From: an uncultured Oscillospiraceae bacterium
GTDB lineage: Bacteria > Bacillota > Clostridia > Oscillospirales > Acutalibacteraceae
Length of the DNA stretch: 64,000 nucleotides
NCBI GenBank assembly: GCA_958448165.1
Contig: CAUDCW010000004.1
Location: 63,130 to 127,129 of the forward strand
Reading direction: 5' to 3'
The notes under the pieces are model-generated. The model was not told the origin of the DNA, made no database searches, and worked only from the letters and a program-made list of their open reading frames with translations. Below, piece after piece: positions 19,106 through 29,863 of the stretch (the stretch's first letter is position 1; every line of letters begins with the position of its first letter). The position numbers and the translations under genes were made by a program.

Positions 19106-21566
19106 TATCAATAAGATGATTTGCAAGGTGGCGGTTGAAAACGCCGCCTTTGGCTTTGATAAGCTGTTTGATTATGAATTTGAATGTAAAACAGAAGCAC
19201 AGGCCGACAAAGAAATGCTCGTCGGCTGCCGTGTGTTGATACCGTTTGGTAATTCAAAAAAACAGCGGCAGGGAATTGTCTTTGACGTTTACAACAGCGA
19301 TTACGGCGGTACAAAGCGGCTGAAGAAGATTTCTACTGTTCTTGACCGTGAACCCCTGCTGTCAAAAGAAATGCTGAATCTTGCCTGTTTTATGAAATCG
19401 CAGTATTTCTGCACATATTATGAGGCGGCAAGGACAATGCTTCCGGCAGGGTTTAATTATAAAATCAAAGAGGTTTACAATGCCTGTGCTGATTTTAAGG
19501 ATATCGGGCAGCTTGACGAAACGGAAAAGGCGGTTTTTTCATTCGTCAATTCCGCCGTCCATCCGCTTTCAAGGCAGGAAATATGCTCTGCCTTTGAGCT
19601 TGACTTCAACACCAAGCTGCTTGACGGACTGTGCGCTAAGGGCGCTCTTGAATCAAGCGAAAGCGCAGTAAGACGTGTGGGCGATTTGAGCGAAAAAATG
19701 GTTGAGCTGTGCGATGACGGTGACGGTGCATCTCTGACCCCAAAGCAGAAAGAGGTTCTGGAGCTTCTGAAAATGGCAGGTGAAATTTCTTTAAAGGAAA
19801 TAACATATTTCACCGGCTACACAAAAGCCGTTGTTGACGCTCTTGTAAAAAAAGGTATTGTGCGTTATTTTGACCGTGAGGTCATAAGGCACGCCGAGGT
19901 GGCGGCTGATTGTGAAAGCGCAAGGGAAATCCGCCTGACGGAGGAGCAGAATACGGCTTATCACGGTCTGTGCGAAAAATACGAAAGCGGAAAGCCCTGT
20001 GTATCTCTGCTTTACGGCGTCACCGGCTCGGGTAAAACGTCCGTCTTTATGAAGCTTATCGACCGTGTGTCGGGTGACGGCAAGGGTATAATTGTGATGG
20101 TGCCCGAAATTGCCCTTACTCCGCAGATTATCAATATTTTCAAGGCACGCTACGGCGGCGATGTCGCTGTTTTTCACAGTGCATTGTCGCTTGGCGAGCG
20201 CCTGAACGAATGGAAAAGGGTCCGCAGCGGCGAGGCTAAGATTGCCATAGGCACAAGGAGTGCGGTTTTTGCACCCGTTGCGAATTTAGGACTTATTATA
20301 ATTGACGAGGAGCAGGAATATACCTATAAATCCGAGGGAGCACCGAGGTATCACGCTCGTGAGGTTGCGAAGTTCAGATGCAATGAAAATTCGTGTATGC
20401 TGCTCTTGTCCTCTGCAACGCCGAGCATAGAAAGCTACTATAAGGCTCAGACAGGCGTGTATTCACTGTTTACTCTCAGCAAACGCTACGGCAGGGCACA
20501 GCTTCCGCCTGTGCTTGTGGCTGATATGAATATTGAGCAGGAGCAAGGCAACAAAACAGTTGTATCATCTGTTCTTCTTCAGAGTCTGCAGGAGAACTTA
20601 GCCGACGGAAAACAGTCGATACTGCTTCTGAACCGACGGGGTTATAACACATTTGTCGCCTGCCGCCATTGCAAAGAGGTCGTGAGCTGTCCCAACTGTT
20701 CAATTTCGCTTACTTATCATTCGGCTAACAACCGTCTTATGTGCCACTACTGCGGTTATTCGATAAGTATGACCGATGAATGCCCAAGCTGTCACGAGCA
20801 CGGACTCCGTTTTTCGGGTACAGGCACACAGAAAGCGGAGGAAACGCTGGCGGCGCTTCTTCCCGGAGCAAAAATACTTCGCCTTGACGCTGACGCAACG
20901 ATGAGAAAAAATTCCCACGAAATGCTTCTCGGTGCTTTTAAAAGGGGGGAGTATGATATCCTCGTTGGCACTCAGATGGTGGCAAAGGGACTTGATTTTC
21001 CGAATGTTACTCTCGTCGGCGTTTTGTCGGCGGACCAGATTTTATACAGCGACGATTACAGAAGCTTTGAGCGCAGCTTTTCTCTGCTGACGCAGGTTGT
21101 CGGCAGAGCCGGCAGGGGCGATTGCCCCGGCAGAGCCGTTATACAGACCTTCACTCCCGACAGCCACGTTATTAACCTTGCGGCTATGCAGGATTATATT
21201 GCGTTTTATAATACCGAGATTGCAATGCGCAAGGGGCTTTTATATCCGCCTTTTTCCGATATATGTATGCTGGGCTTTGTCGGTGATAACGAGCTTTTAA
21301 CGGCAAACGCCGCAAGGGAGTTCACTCGCCTTTTGTGCAGAAACGCCGGCGAAAATTATTCTCATCTGCCGCTTCGGGTTCTCGGACCGACTGCGGCAAC
21401 GGTTAAAAAGGTGAGCAATAAATTCAGATACAAAACGGTTTTAAAATATAAAAACAGCAGGGAATTCCGCAAAATGCTGTCGCAGCTGCTTATCGACTTC
21501 GGTAAAATAAGCAAATATTCCCGTGTGACGGTGTATGTTGACGTGAATCCCGATTCAATATTGTAA
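19098..21566 (+). CDS. priA: Primosomal protein N' (replication restart helicase PriA)
   Basis: Walker A GVTGSGKT, DEEQE box, and a Cys4 zinc-finger pair (CRHCKEVVSCPNC...CHYCGY...CPSC) unique to PriA. Confidence 0.9.
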   Translation: MTDINKMICKVAVENAAFGFDKLFDYEFECKTEAQADKEMLVGCRVLIPFGNSKKQRQGIVFDVYNSDYGGTKRLKKISTVLDREPLLSKEMLNLACFMKSQYFCTYYEAARTMLPAGFNYKIKEVYNACADFKDIGQLDETEKAVFSFVNSAVHPLSRQEICSAFELDFNTKLLDGLCAKGALESSESAVRRVGDLSEKMVELCDDGDGASLTPKQKEVLELLKMAGEISLKEITYFTGYTKAVVDALVKKGIVRYFDREVIRHAEVAADCESAREIRLTEEQNTAYHGLCEKYESGKPCVSLLYGVTGSGKTSVFMKLIDRVSGDGKGIIVMVPEIALTPQIINIFKARYGGDVAVFHSALSLGERLNEWKRVRSGEAKIAIGTRSAVFAPVANLGLIIIDEEQEYTYKSEGAPRYHAREVAKFRCNENSCMLLLSSATPSIESYYKAQTGVYSLFTLSKRYGRAQLPPVLVADMNIEQEQGNKTVVSSVLLQSLQENLADGKQSILLLNRRGYNTFVACRHCKEVVSCPNCSISLTYHSANNRLMCHYCGYSISMTDECPSCHEHGLRFSGTGTQKAEETLAALLPGAKILRLDADATMRKNSHEMLLGAFKRGEYDILVGTQMVAKGLDFPNVTLVGVLSADQILYSDDYRSFERSFSLLTQVVGRAGRGDCPGRAVIQTFTPDSHVINLAAMQDYIAFYNTEIAMRKGLLYPPFSDICMLGFVGDNELLTANAAREFTRLLCRNAGENYSHLPLRVLGPTAATVKKVSNKFRYKTVLKYKNSREFRKMLSQLLIDFGKISKYSRVTVYVDVNPDSIL

Positions 21567-21579
21567 GGATGTGATTTGA

Positions 21580-22050
21580 TTGGCTATAAGAAATATTGTA
21601 AAAGAGGGCGACAGTGTACTCACCAAAAAGTGCCGTACGGTTGAAAAGTATGACGCACGGCTTTTTGAATTGCTCGACGATATGAAAGAAACATTGATCA
21701 AGTCCGGCGGAGTCGGTCTTGCCGCACCGCAGGTCGGTGTTCTGAAAAGAGCTGTCGTTATAGATACGGGAGAGAAAATTGTTGAGTTCATCAACCCCGA
21801 AATTATAAAAACAAAGGGAACACAGCAGTCTATCGAGGGTTGTCTTTCCTGCCCCGATGTGTGGGGAATTACAAACAGACCGATGTATGCGACGATAAAA
21901 GCACAGGACAGGCACGGCAATGAATTCACAATGAACGGCGAGGGACTTCTTGCCAAGGCGTTTTGCCACGAATGTGACCATCTTGACGGAATACTGTTTA
22001 CAAAATATATCATCAAAAAGGTTAATCCTGCCGAGCTTTCGGGAAAGTGA
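21580..22050 (+). CDS. def: Peptide deformylase
   Basis: GVGLAAPQVG, EGCLS and HECDHLDG motifs. Confidence 0.9.
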   Translation: MAIRNIVKEGDSVLTKKCRTVEKYDARLFELLDDMKETLIKSGGVGLAAPQVGVLKRAVVIDTGEKIVEFINPEIIKTKGTQQSIEGCLSCPDVWGITNRPMYATIKAQDRHGNEFTMNGEGLLAKAFCHECDHLDGILFTKYIIKKVNPAELSGK

Positions 22051-22058
22051 GGATAAAG

Positions 22059-22976
22059 ATGAAGATTGTTTTTATGGGTACGCCCGATTTTGCAGTGCCG
22101 TGTCTTGAAGCGCTCATAAAATCAGGCTATGACGTATGCGGCGTTTTCACTCAGCCGGATAAGCCAAAGGGCAGGGGCTATGCGCTTGCACCGCCGCCTG
22201 TCAAGGTTACGGCTCTTGAGAATAATATCCCGGTGTATCAGCCGACAACGCTCAAGGACGGCGAGGCTTTGAAAATTCTTAATGAGCTTTCGCCCGACTG
22301 CATAGTTGTTGTGGCTTACGGAAAAATACTTCCAAAGGATATTCTTGATTTGCCAAGGTACGGCTGTATCAATGTTCACGCATCACTGCTGCCGAAGTAT
22401 CGCGGCGCCGCACCTATCCAGTGGAGTGTGATAAACGGCGAAACGGAAACAGGCGTAACAACAATGTATATGGACGTCGGTCTTGATACCGGCGATATGA
22501 TAATGAAACGCACCTGTGAAATCGGCGAAAACGAAACCGCAGGACAGCTTCACGACAAGCTGTCCTCCTTGGGAGCACAGCTTATTGTTGACACTCTCAA
22601 AGCGCTTGAAAACGGCAGTGCGACACGAGAAAAGCAGGATGACAGCCAATCGTGCTACTCACCGATGCTTGATAAGAGCCTGTGCAGAATTGACTGGAAT
22701 CAGACGGCACAGCAGGTGCATAATAAGGTGAGGGGATTAAGCCCGTGGCCTGTTGCGGTTGCATCAATAAACGGTAAGAAGGTGAAAATACATCAGACCG
22801 TCAAGTGTGCTGACAGCGGCACACCGGGCGAGATAATTTCTCTTTCGCCGCTTACTGTGGCGTGCGGCTGCGGCAGTGTTATTATAAATGAGCTTCAGCT
22901 TGAGGGCAAAAAAAGAATGGACAGCGGTTCGTTTCTGAACGGACACAAGCTAAGTATAGGAGATAAATTTGAATAA
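22059..22976 (+). CDS. fmt: Methionyl-tRNA formyltransferase
   Basis: MKIVFMGTPDFAVP... and INVHASLLPKYRGAAPIQ formyltransferase core. Follows def. Confidence 0.9.
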   Translation: MKIVFMGTPDFAVPCLEALIKSGYDVCGVFTQPDKPKGRGYALAPPPVKVTALENNIPVYQPTTLKDGEALKILNELSPDCIVVVAYGKILPKDILDLPRYGCINVHASLLPKYRGAAPIQWSVINGETETGVTTMYMDVGLDTGDMIMKRTCEIGENETAGQLHDKLSSLGAQLIVDTLKALENGSATREKQDDSQSCYSPMLDKSLCRIDWNQTAQQVHNKVRGLSPWPVAVASINGKKVKIHQTVKCADSGTPGEIISLSPLTVACGCGSVIINELQLEGKKRMDSGSFLNGHKLSIGDKFE

Positions 22977-22987
22977 GAGGTGTTTGT

Positions 22988-23695
22988 ATGAGCCTTTATT
23001 ATTTTGACATAACCTATCTGATTTTTATTGTTCCGGCTATTATCATTTCGTTTATAGCGTCAGCAAGAGTCAATTCTGCCTTCGACAAGTATTCCAAAAT
23101 CGGCAACCGCAGAGCAATAACGGGCGCACAGGCGGCTTATAATCTTCTTGCGGCACACGGCATTACAAATGTGCGTATTGAACACGTCAGCGGCAAGCTT
23201 ACCGACCACTATGACCCAAGGACTAATACGATAAGACTTTCCGACGCTGTTTATAACTGCACAACAATAGCGGCAGTCGGCGTTGCCTGCCATGAGGCAG
23301 GTCATGCCGTGCAGCACGCCGTCGGATATGTTCCCAACAAGATACGCAGTGCAATTGTGCCGGTTGTCAATATAGGGTCAAAGCTTTCGTGGATTGTTAT
23401 TTTGGTAGGCCTTTTTCTGCCGGTTCAGTACGATTTTGTTCTCTATATCGGCATTGCACTTTTCTCACTGACCGTTGTGTTTTCACTTGTAACTCTTCCT
23501 GTTGAGTTCAACGCCAGCAGACGAGCATTGCAGACGATAAAATCGACCAATATGCTCAGCGCAGACGACGAATATTCGGGTGCAAAATCCGTTCTTTCGG
23601 CAGCGGCTATGACTTATGTTGCGTCTGCGTTCTCGTCAATAATGAGCCTTCTGCGCCTGCTTGTCATAGCGGCAGGCAGATCAAGAAGAGATTGA
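22988..23695 (+). CDS. Membrane-anchored putative neutral zinc metallopeptidase (YugP/Zn_peptidase_2-like)
   Basis: HEAGHAVQH HExxH motif. N- and C-terminal TM helices. Confidence 0.7.
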   Translation: MSLYYFDITYLIFIVPAIIISFIASARVNSAFDKYSKIGNRRAITGAQAAYNLLAAHGITNVRIEHVSGKLTDHYDPRTNTIRLSDAVYNCTTIAAVGVACHEAGHAVQHAVGYVPNKIRSAIVPVVNIGSKLSWIVILVGLFLPVQYDFVLYIGIALFSLTVVFSLVTLPVEFNASRRALQTIKSTNMLSADDEYSGAKSVLSAAAMTYVASAFSSIMSLLRLLVIAAGRSRRD

Positions 23696-23728
23696 CTTGC
23701 AATAAACTAAAAAGGAGCTTGCACCTAA

Positions 23729-25063
23729 ATGGCAGACAGCAGAAAAACGTCTTTCAAGGCACTTTATAATGTGCTGTATAACAAAGCTTATTCAAATATA
23801 GAGATTAACAGAGCTATAAAAGCGTCACAGCTTGACCGCCGTGACGCTGCTCTTGCGTCTGCCATATTTTACGGCGTGCTTGAGCGTAAACTCACTCTTG
23901 ACAGGATAATAAGGCAGTATTCAAGCCTACCGATAAGAAAAATTGAGGACAAGGTGCTGATATTGCTTGAGCAGGCGCTTTATCAGATTTTGTATCTTGA
24001 TAAAATCCCGGACAGCGCCGCAGTGAACGAGGCTGTTAACCTCTGCAAAAAGCTGAGGCTTTCAAAATCCTCAGGCTTTGTCAACGGAGTCCTGCGCTCT
24101 TTTCTGCGTGCGGACAAAGCATATAAAGCTCCGGATATAAGTCAGAACCGTGAGGAAAGTCTGTCTTTTACATATTCCTGCCCGCTTGAGATAATCAGAA
24201 TTCTTGATAAATCCTACGGCAAGAAACACACCGAGGATATATTAAAATCTCTTTTCGGCAGACCTCCTGTGACTGCGGCGGTGAATACGCTGAAAACAAC
24301 GCCCGACAAGCTGATTGAAGCCTTGTCACAGCAGGGCGTTAAAGCGGTGAAATCTGCGATTGCAGGCAATTCCGTCGGGCTGTTCGACACAGGCTCTATT
24401 GAAGAGCTTGACTCATTCAGACAGGGTCTTTTTTATGTTCAGGATGAAGCCTCTCAGATAGCAATAGAGCTTTTAAATCCGCAAAGCGGCGAAACAGTGA
24501 TTGATGTTTGCTCTGCCCCCGGCGGCAAAAGCTTCAAAGCCGCCGTGATGATGGGCAATAAGGGGGAAATTTATTCCTATGACCTGCATCCTCACAAAAT
24601 TGAGCTTATTTTAAAAACAGCTAAAAGGCTCGGTATTGATATCATAAGTGCGTCGGTGAGGGACGCTTTATCGGACGAAAAAACACCCTTGGCAGACAAG
24701 GTAATCTGCGATGTTCCGTGTTCGGGACTCGGTGTTATCAGGCGCAAGCCTGAGATAAGATATAAAAATACGGACGATTTTGAAGAATTGACGGACGTTC
24801 AGTACAAAATCCTAATAAAAACTTCACAGCTTGTTAAAAAATATGGAGTATTATTATACTCTACCTGTACGCTCAACAAGGCGGAAAATAACGATATTGC
24901 AGAAAAATTTCTCCGTGAGAATAAAAGCTTCAAGCCGCTTCCGCTTAAATTGCCCGAAAATATCAAAAGGGTAATTGAGGAAAACGATAACTGTCTGACG
25001 CTTCTGCCGAGTGAACACAACACGGACGGCTTTTTTGTCAGCGCATTTGTAAGGTGTGAATGA
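23729..25063 (+). CDS. rsmB: 16S rRNA (cytosine967-C5)-methyltransferase
   Basis: NusB-like N-terminal domain, FYVQDEASQ, SAM motif DVCSAPGGKS, catalytic DVPCSGLGV. Confidence 0.9.
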   Translation: MADSRKTSFKALYNVLYNKAYSNIEINRAIKASQLDRRDAALASAIFYGVLERKLTLDRIIRQYSSLPIRKIEDKVLILLEQALYQILYLDKIPDSAAVNEAVNLCKKLRLSKSSGFVNGVLRSFLRADKAYKAPDISQNREESLSFTYSCPLEIIRILDKSYGKKHTEDILKSLFGRPPVTAAVNTLKTTPDKLIEALSQQGVKAVKSAIAGNSVGLFDTGSIEELDSFRQGLFYVQDEASQIAIELLNPQSGETVIDVCSAPGGKSFKAAVMMGNKGEIYSYDLHPHKIELILKTAKRLGIDIISASVRDALSDEKTPLADKVICDVPCSGLGVIRRKPEIRYKNTDDFEELTDVQYKILIKTSQLVKKYGVLLYSTCTLNKAENNDIAEKFLRENKSFKPLPLKLPENIKRVIEENDNCLTLLPSEHNTDGFFVSAFVRCE

Positions 25064-26099
25064 TTTGCAGGATATTAAATCGCTCAGCTTAAATGAGCTT
25101 GAACAGGCGCTCGCAGATATAGGCGAGCCGAAATACAGGGCGAAACAGATTTTTCAGTGGCTTCATAAAAAATATGTAAATTCTTTTGATGAAATGCTTA
25201 ATTTATCCAAGGATTTAAGGCAGAAACTCAAAGAAAATTACTATATATCGTGTTCAGCTATTGAAAAAAAGTTGATTTCTTGTTATGATAGTACAGTAAA
25301 GTATCTTTTTTCGCTGAATGACGGGGAATATGTCGAGGCTGTGCTTATGAGCTATCATCACGGCTATTCGGCGTGTATTTCGACTCAGGCGGGCTGCAAA
25401 ATGGGCTGTACCTTCTGTGCAACAGGGCAGGGCGGCTTCAGACGCAACCTGACGGCAGGCGAAATGCTCTCTCAGCTTCAGACGATGGAGAAAGACCGGG
25501 GCGTGCGCATTTCAAACGTTGTTTTAATGGGAATGGGCGAGCCGCTTGATAATTTTGACAATGTTGTCAGGTTTTTAAGGCTTGTGTCAAGCGCCGACGG
25601 TATGAATATCGGTATGCGCCACCTTGCTTTGTCAAGCTGCGGGCTTGCCGATAAAATAAGGCAGCTTGCTGAGCTGAAGCTTCAGATTACGCTTTCGATT
25701 TCTCTCCATGCGCCTAACGACGAAATAAGAAACAGAACAATGCCGGTGAACAAGCGCTTCCCGATAGACGAGCTTCTGAGCGCCTGCAGGGAATATATAG
25801 AAAAAACCGGCAGAAGAATAACCTTTGAATATGCAATGATAGACGGCGTCAACGACTCGATTGACTGTGCCCGACAGCTTGCTTCAAGGCTTCGGGGAAT
25901 GCTTTGTCACATTAACCTTATCCCGGTAAACGAGGTTGACAAAACCGGCTACAAAAAAAGCGGCAAAAAAAGCCTCAACGCTTTTTGCGCCTATCTTAAC
26001 AACCACGGCATAACGGCGACAATACGCCGCACCCTTGGTTCGGATATAAACGCCTCGTGCGGTCAGCTCAGGGGTAAAGCAAAGGAAACAACAGATTAA
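25056..26099 (+). CDS. rlmN: 23S rRNA (adenine2503-C2)-methyltransferase, radical SAM
   Basis: CKMGCTFCATGQ CxxxCxxC motif, MGMGEPLDN. Confidence 0.9.
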   Translation: MNDLQDIKSLSLNELEQALADIGEPKYRAKQIFQWLHKKYVNSFDEMLNLSKDLRQKLKENYYISCSAIEKKLISCYDSTVKYLFSLNDGEYVEAVLMSYHHGYSACISTQAGCKMGCTFCATGQGGFRRNLTAGEMLSQLQTMEKDRGVRISNVVLMGMGEPLDNFDNVVRFLRLVSSADGMNIGMRHLALSSCGLADKIRQLAELKLQITLSISLHAPNDEIRNRTMPVNKRFPIDELLSACREYIEKTGRRITFEYAMIDGVNDSIDCARQLASRLRGMLCHINLIPVNEVDKTGYKKSGKKSLNAFCAYLNNHGITATIRRTLGSDINASCGQLRGKAKETTD

Positions 26100-26135
26100 A
26101 ATAGAAATACTGTTTAACCAAAAGGAGGTAACAGC

Positions 26136-26885
26136 TTGGAAGTATTTTTAAAAAGCGATATAGGGCTTGTGAGGTCAACAAATCAGGACGCCTGCACAGG
26201 CGGAGTCTTTTCGGGTGATGCTGCTTGGGCTGTTGTATGTGACGGTATGGGCGGCGCAAACGGCGGCAACGTTGCAAGCTCTGTTGCGGTTAAAGAAATA
26301 TCACGCAGACTTAAAAGAGGATACAGGGACAGCTTAACCGACGATGAGATTGTTGACCTGCTCACCGAAATCGTTCAGAAAGCCAACAGCAAGCTCTATA
26401 AGATTCAGAAAAACGATCCCGAGCTTCGCGGTATGGGCACAACGGTTGAGCTTGTATTGGTAAAGGGGAATAAGCTTCATGTTGTTCATGCGGGCGACAG
26501 CCGTGTTTACAGTATTCGCGGCAGACGCATAAAGCAGCTTACAATTGACCATTCCGTTGTTCAGGAAATGGTCGAAAAGGGTGAGATCACCTCTGAACAG
26601 GCGATGGCTCATCCTAACAAAAACATCATCACCCGTGCTCTCGGCATTGTTCCCGAGATACATCTTGACTATATCGAGAGTGACTTTAAAGAGAACGATT
26701 ATGTTGTTATATGCACAGACGGGCTTTCAAACTACATAAAGCCTGCTGAATTTGTCAGAATGGCAAGAACAAACTACGGCGAGCAATACACCCAGGCGCT
26801 TGTGGACTCTGCCAAGGAGTTGGGCGGCAGTGATAACATCACGGTCGCAGTAATTGCAAATTCATCAGAAGTGGGAGAAGATTAA
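26136..26885 (+). CDS. stp: PP2C-family Ser/Thr protein phosphatase (Stp/PrpC)
   Basis: DIGLVRSTNQDA and VCDGMGG PP2C motifs. Precedes prkC. Confidence 0.9.
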   Translation: MEVFLKSDIGLVRSTNQDACTGGVFSGDAAWAVVCDGMGGANGGNVASSVAVKEISRRLKRGYRDSLTDDEIVDLLTEIVQKANSKLYKIQKNDPELRGMGTTVELVLVKGNKLHVVHAGDSRVYSIRGRRIKQLTIDHSVVQEMVEKGEITSEQAMAHPNKNIITRALGIVPEIHLDYIESDFKENDYVVICTDGLSNYIKPAEFVRMARTNYGEQYTQALVDSAKELGGSDNITVAVIANSSEVGED

Positions 26886-26888
26886 TCT

Positions 26889-28946
26889 ATGGATAAATAT
26901 TCGGGCAAAAAGCTTGACGGAAGATATGAAATACACGAGCTTATCGGCGCCGGCGGAATGGCGATGGTTTACCGTGCTTATGATACGCTTGACGACAGAA
27001 CGGTTGCGATAAAGATTTTGAAGGATGAGTTTTCTGCAAACGACGAATTCATCCGCAGATTTAAAAATGAATCCAAGGCAATTGCCGTGCTCAATCATCC
27101 TAACATTGTTAAGGTTTACGATGTCAGCTTCGGCGATGTTATACAGTATATCGTAATGGAATATATCGACGGCATCACGCTTAAGGAATATATTGAATTA
27201 CAGGACAATAAAATAAGCTGGAAAGAGGCAGTACTCTTTACAACACAGATTCTGCAGGCTCTTGAGCACGCACACAGCAAGGGCATTGTTCACCGTGACA
27301 TAAAGCCGCAGAACATTATGCTTTTGCAGGACGGCACAATAAAAGTAACGGATTTCGGCATTGCACGCTTCAGCAGCGTTGAAACAAGAACAATGACCGA
27401 CAAGGCGATAGGCTCTGTTCACTATATTGCGCCCGAGCAGGCTAAGGGTGAGCTGACCGACGGCAAAACCGACATATATTCGGTCGGCGTTATGCTGTAT
27501 GAAATGCTTGCAGGCAGACTTCCGTTTGAGGCAGACAACGCCGTGTCGGTTGCCATTATGCAGCTTCAGGAGGCACCCAAGCCGATAAAAGAGGTTAACC
27601 CCGACGTTCCCGACGGACTTGCCGAAATAACAATAAAGGCAATGCAGAAGGACCCGTCACTGCGCTATCAGAGTGCAAAGGAAATGCTTGATGATATCGA
27701 GCTTTTCAAGCAGAATCCGTCAATAGTATTTGAATATAAATATATGACGCCGAATTCCGGCGGCGACGACGACACCAAGGTGTTTGACGACAACGGCGGC
27801 TCTGTTGCCGACAATGCTTATAAGGACGAATACGGCAAATATGCCGCAGACGCAGAAAAAGCAAAGTCACCGGCCGGCTCGGTTATAGCAGGTATAATCT
27901 CTGCCTTTGTGCTTGTTGCCATAGTGTGCTGTATTCTCGGCGCATTCCGGGCGTGCCAGAGTCAGAACACAATTTCCGTTGATATACCGAACTTTGTCGG
28001 TATGAACTCCGACGAGGTTATCAACAACGACAAGTATGACTTTAAATTTGAAACAGTCAATTCGTTTGACCCGAACCAGGCTATCGGCACTATATTGAAG
28101 CAGTCGCCTGAGTCCGGCTCAAAGCAGATAAAAGAGGGCTCAACAATTACTCTTACGGTCAACAGCACAAGTACGGTTGTTTCTGTGCCGTATGTAAACG
28201 GCTATTCTGCGGATAACGCCCTCACAAAGATGAACGACAAGAACCTCAAAGCTCAGATTGTTTATGTTGAGGACGAGAACACCGCCGTTGATATGGTTCT
28301 TGACACATCGCCAAAGGCGGGTTCAGAGGTTGAGGTTGACTCTCCTATCAAGATTTTTGTCAGCCGTGAGCGCACAACAGACACTGTGACACTGCCGAAT
28401 GTTGTCGGTCAGTCGCTTGACGAAGCAAAATACACTCTCGAATCGCTCGGATTTGAGGTGGATTACGAATACAACGAAAAGGTTGATAAAGAGAAAGACA
28501 CTGTCATGGCACAGAGTCCGGGATATGACGTTGAATATAAGACGGGAGAAAAGGTAAAGCTTATTGTAGCAAAGGGTCTTGATAAGACAAGAACCTGCAC
28601 GCTCAATATTGACCTTCCGGCTGATGTCGAAAAAGAAGTATTTGTCCGCGTAACCGTTGACGGCGTTGTGGATGAAGAATACTCGCAGAACGTCATTCCG
28701 AAATATAACAGCACATATAAGGTTAAGCTTACCGCAGAAGGAACGGTTTATGTTCAGGTATCAATAAACGATAACCTTTACCGTGAATATCAGATTGACT
28801 TTACAAAGGGTGAGATTGTCAACTCGGCAAAATATGACTATGTACCCGATTCGACACTTCCGACCGAGGATGAGCCTGAAACCGAACCGGAGTCCGAAAC
28901 TCAGGAGGAAACCTGGTGGACGGACCCTGAGGATTATTCGTGGTAA
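26889..28946 (+). CDS. prkC: Ser/Thr protein kinase with extracellular PASTA repeats (PrkC/StkP-type)
   Basis: GAGGMAMVYRA, VAIKIL, HRDIKPQN, DFGIA, APEQ motifs; TM helix; three PASTA-like repeats; acidic C-terminus. Confidence 0.9.
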   Translation: MDKYSGKKLDGRYEIHELIGAGGMAMVYRAYDTLDDRTVAIKILKDEFSANDEFIRRFKNESKAIAVLNHPNIVKVYDVSFGDVIQYIVMEYIDGITLKEYIELQDNKISWKEAVLFTTQILQALEHAHSKGIVHRDIKPQNIMLLQDGTIKVTDFGIARFSSVETRTMTDKAIGSVHYIAPEQAKGELTDGKTDIYSVGVMLYEMLAGRLPFEADNAVSVAIMQLQEAPKPIKEVNPDVPDGLAEITIKAMQKDPSLRYQSAKEMLDDIELFKQNPSIVFEYKYMTPNSGGDDDTKVFDDNGGSVADNAYKDEYGKYAADAEKAKSPAGSVIAGIISAFVLVAIVCCILGAFRACQSQNTISVDIPNFVGMNSDEVINNDKYDFKFETVNSFDPNQAIGTILKQSPESGSKQIKEGSTITLTVNSTSTVVSVPYVNGYSADNALTKMNDKNLKAQIVYVEDENTAVDMVLDTSPKAGSEVEVDSPIKIFVSRERTTDTVTLPNVVGQSLDEAKYTLESLGFEVDYEYNEKVDKEKDTVMAQSPGYDVEYKTGEKVKLIVAKGLDKTRTCTLNIDLPADVEKEVFVRVTVDGVVDEEYSQNVIPKYNSTYKVKLTAEGTVYVQVSINDNLYREYQIDFTKGEIVNSAKYDYVPDSTLPTEDEPETEPESETQEETWWTDPEDYSW

Positions 28947-28966
28947 TTATATGACAATAATAAATC

Positions 28967-29863
28967 TTGGGTGATTTTGTGGTAACTGAAAAGGGCATTA
29001 TAACAAAATTAATCGGCGGCTTCTATTATGTGGAAGCCGCCGAAAAGGTATATGAGTGTAAGGCGAGAGGTGCGTTCAGAATCAAGGGCAGCTCTCCGTG
29101 TGTCGGAGATTATGTTGAAATCGGTGTTCCGGACGATGGCTACTGCGTTATAGAGAAGGTTTTGCCGAGGAAGAACAGTATTGTCCGTCCTGCCTTGGCG
29201 AATATCGACAGGCTTGTCATCGTTTCGTCAATAATCTCACCGTCGCCGAACACACTGATAATTGATAAAATGATTGCGACAGCCGTCAAGAAGAATATTG
29301 AACCTATGCTGGTGATAAGCAAAACGGATTTAGAATCCCCGGACGGGCTTTATAAAATCTATTCAAACTCAGGCATAAATACGTTTTGCTTTTCATCAAA
29401 GGACTTTAACGCTGATGAGCTGAAAAGTCGCATTTTAACAAACGGCATCACAGCCTTCACCGGCAATTCCGGCGTCGGCAAGTCAACTCTGCTCAACGCA
29501 ATGTTCCCGGGTATTGCCGCCGAAACGGGCGATATAAGCAAAAAGCTCGGCAGGGGACGCCACACAACAAGAACCGTTGAGCTTTATAAAACCGATTCGG
29601 GTTATGTTGCAGACACGCCGGGATTTTCTACCGTTGATCTGCAGAGATACGAAATAATAAAAAAAGACGAGCTGGCAGGCTGTTTTACTGAATTTGAGCC
29701 GTATCTTGACGACTGCCGTTTTACCTCCTGCTCACACACAAAGGAGATTGGCTGTGCTGTGCTTAGGGCGGTTGAAGAGGGCAAAATTGAAAAGTCAAGA
29801 CATCAGAGCTATGTGACAATGTATAACGAGGTCAAAGACCTTAAGGAATGGGAGTTGAAATGA
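28967..29863 (+). CDS. rsgA: Ribosome small-subunit-dependent GTPase A
   Basis: Non-ATG (TTG/GTG) start; G motifs VISKTD, GNSGVGKSTL; C-terminal zinc knuckle CRFTSCSHTKEIGC. Confidence 0.85.
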   Translation: MGDFVVTEKGIITKLIGGFYYVEAAEKVYECKARGAFRIKGSSPCVGDYVEIGVPDDGYCVIEKVLPRKNSIVRPALANIDRLVIVSSIISPSPNTLIIDKMIATAVKKNIEPMLVISKTDLESPDGLYKIYSNSGINTFCFSSKDFNADELKSRILTNGITAFTGNSGVGKSTLLNAMFPGIAAETGDISKKLGRGRHTTRTVELYKTDSGYVADTPGFSTVDLQRYEIIKKDELAGCFTEFEPYLDDCRFTSCSHTKEIGCAVLRAVEEGKIEKSRHQSYVTMYNEVKDLKEWELK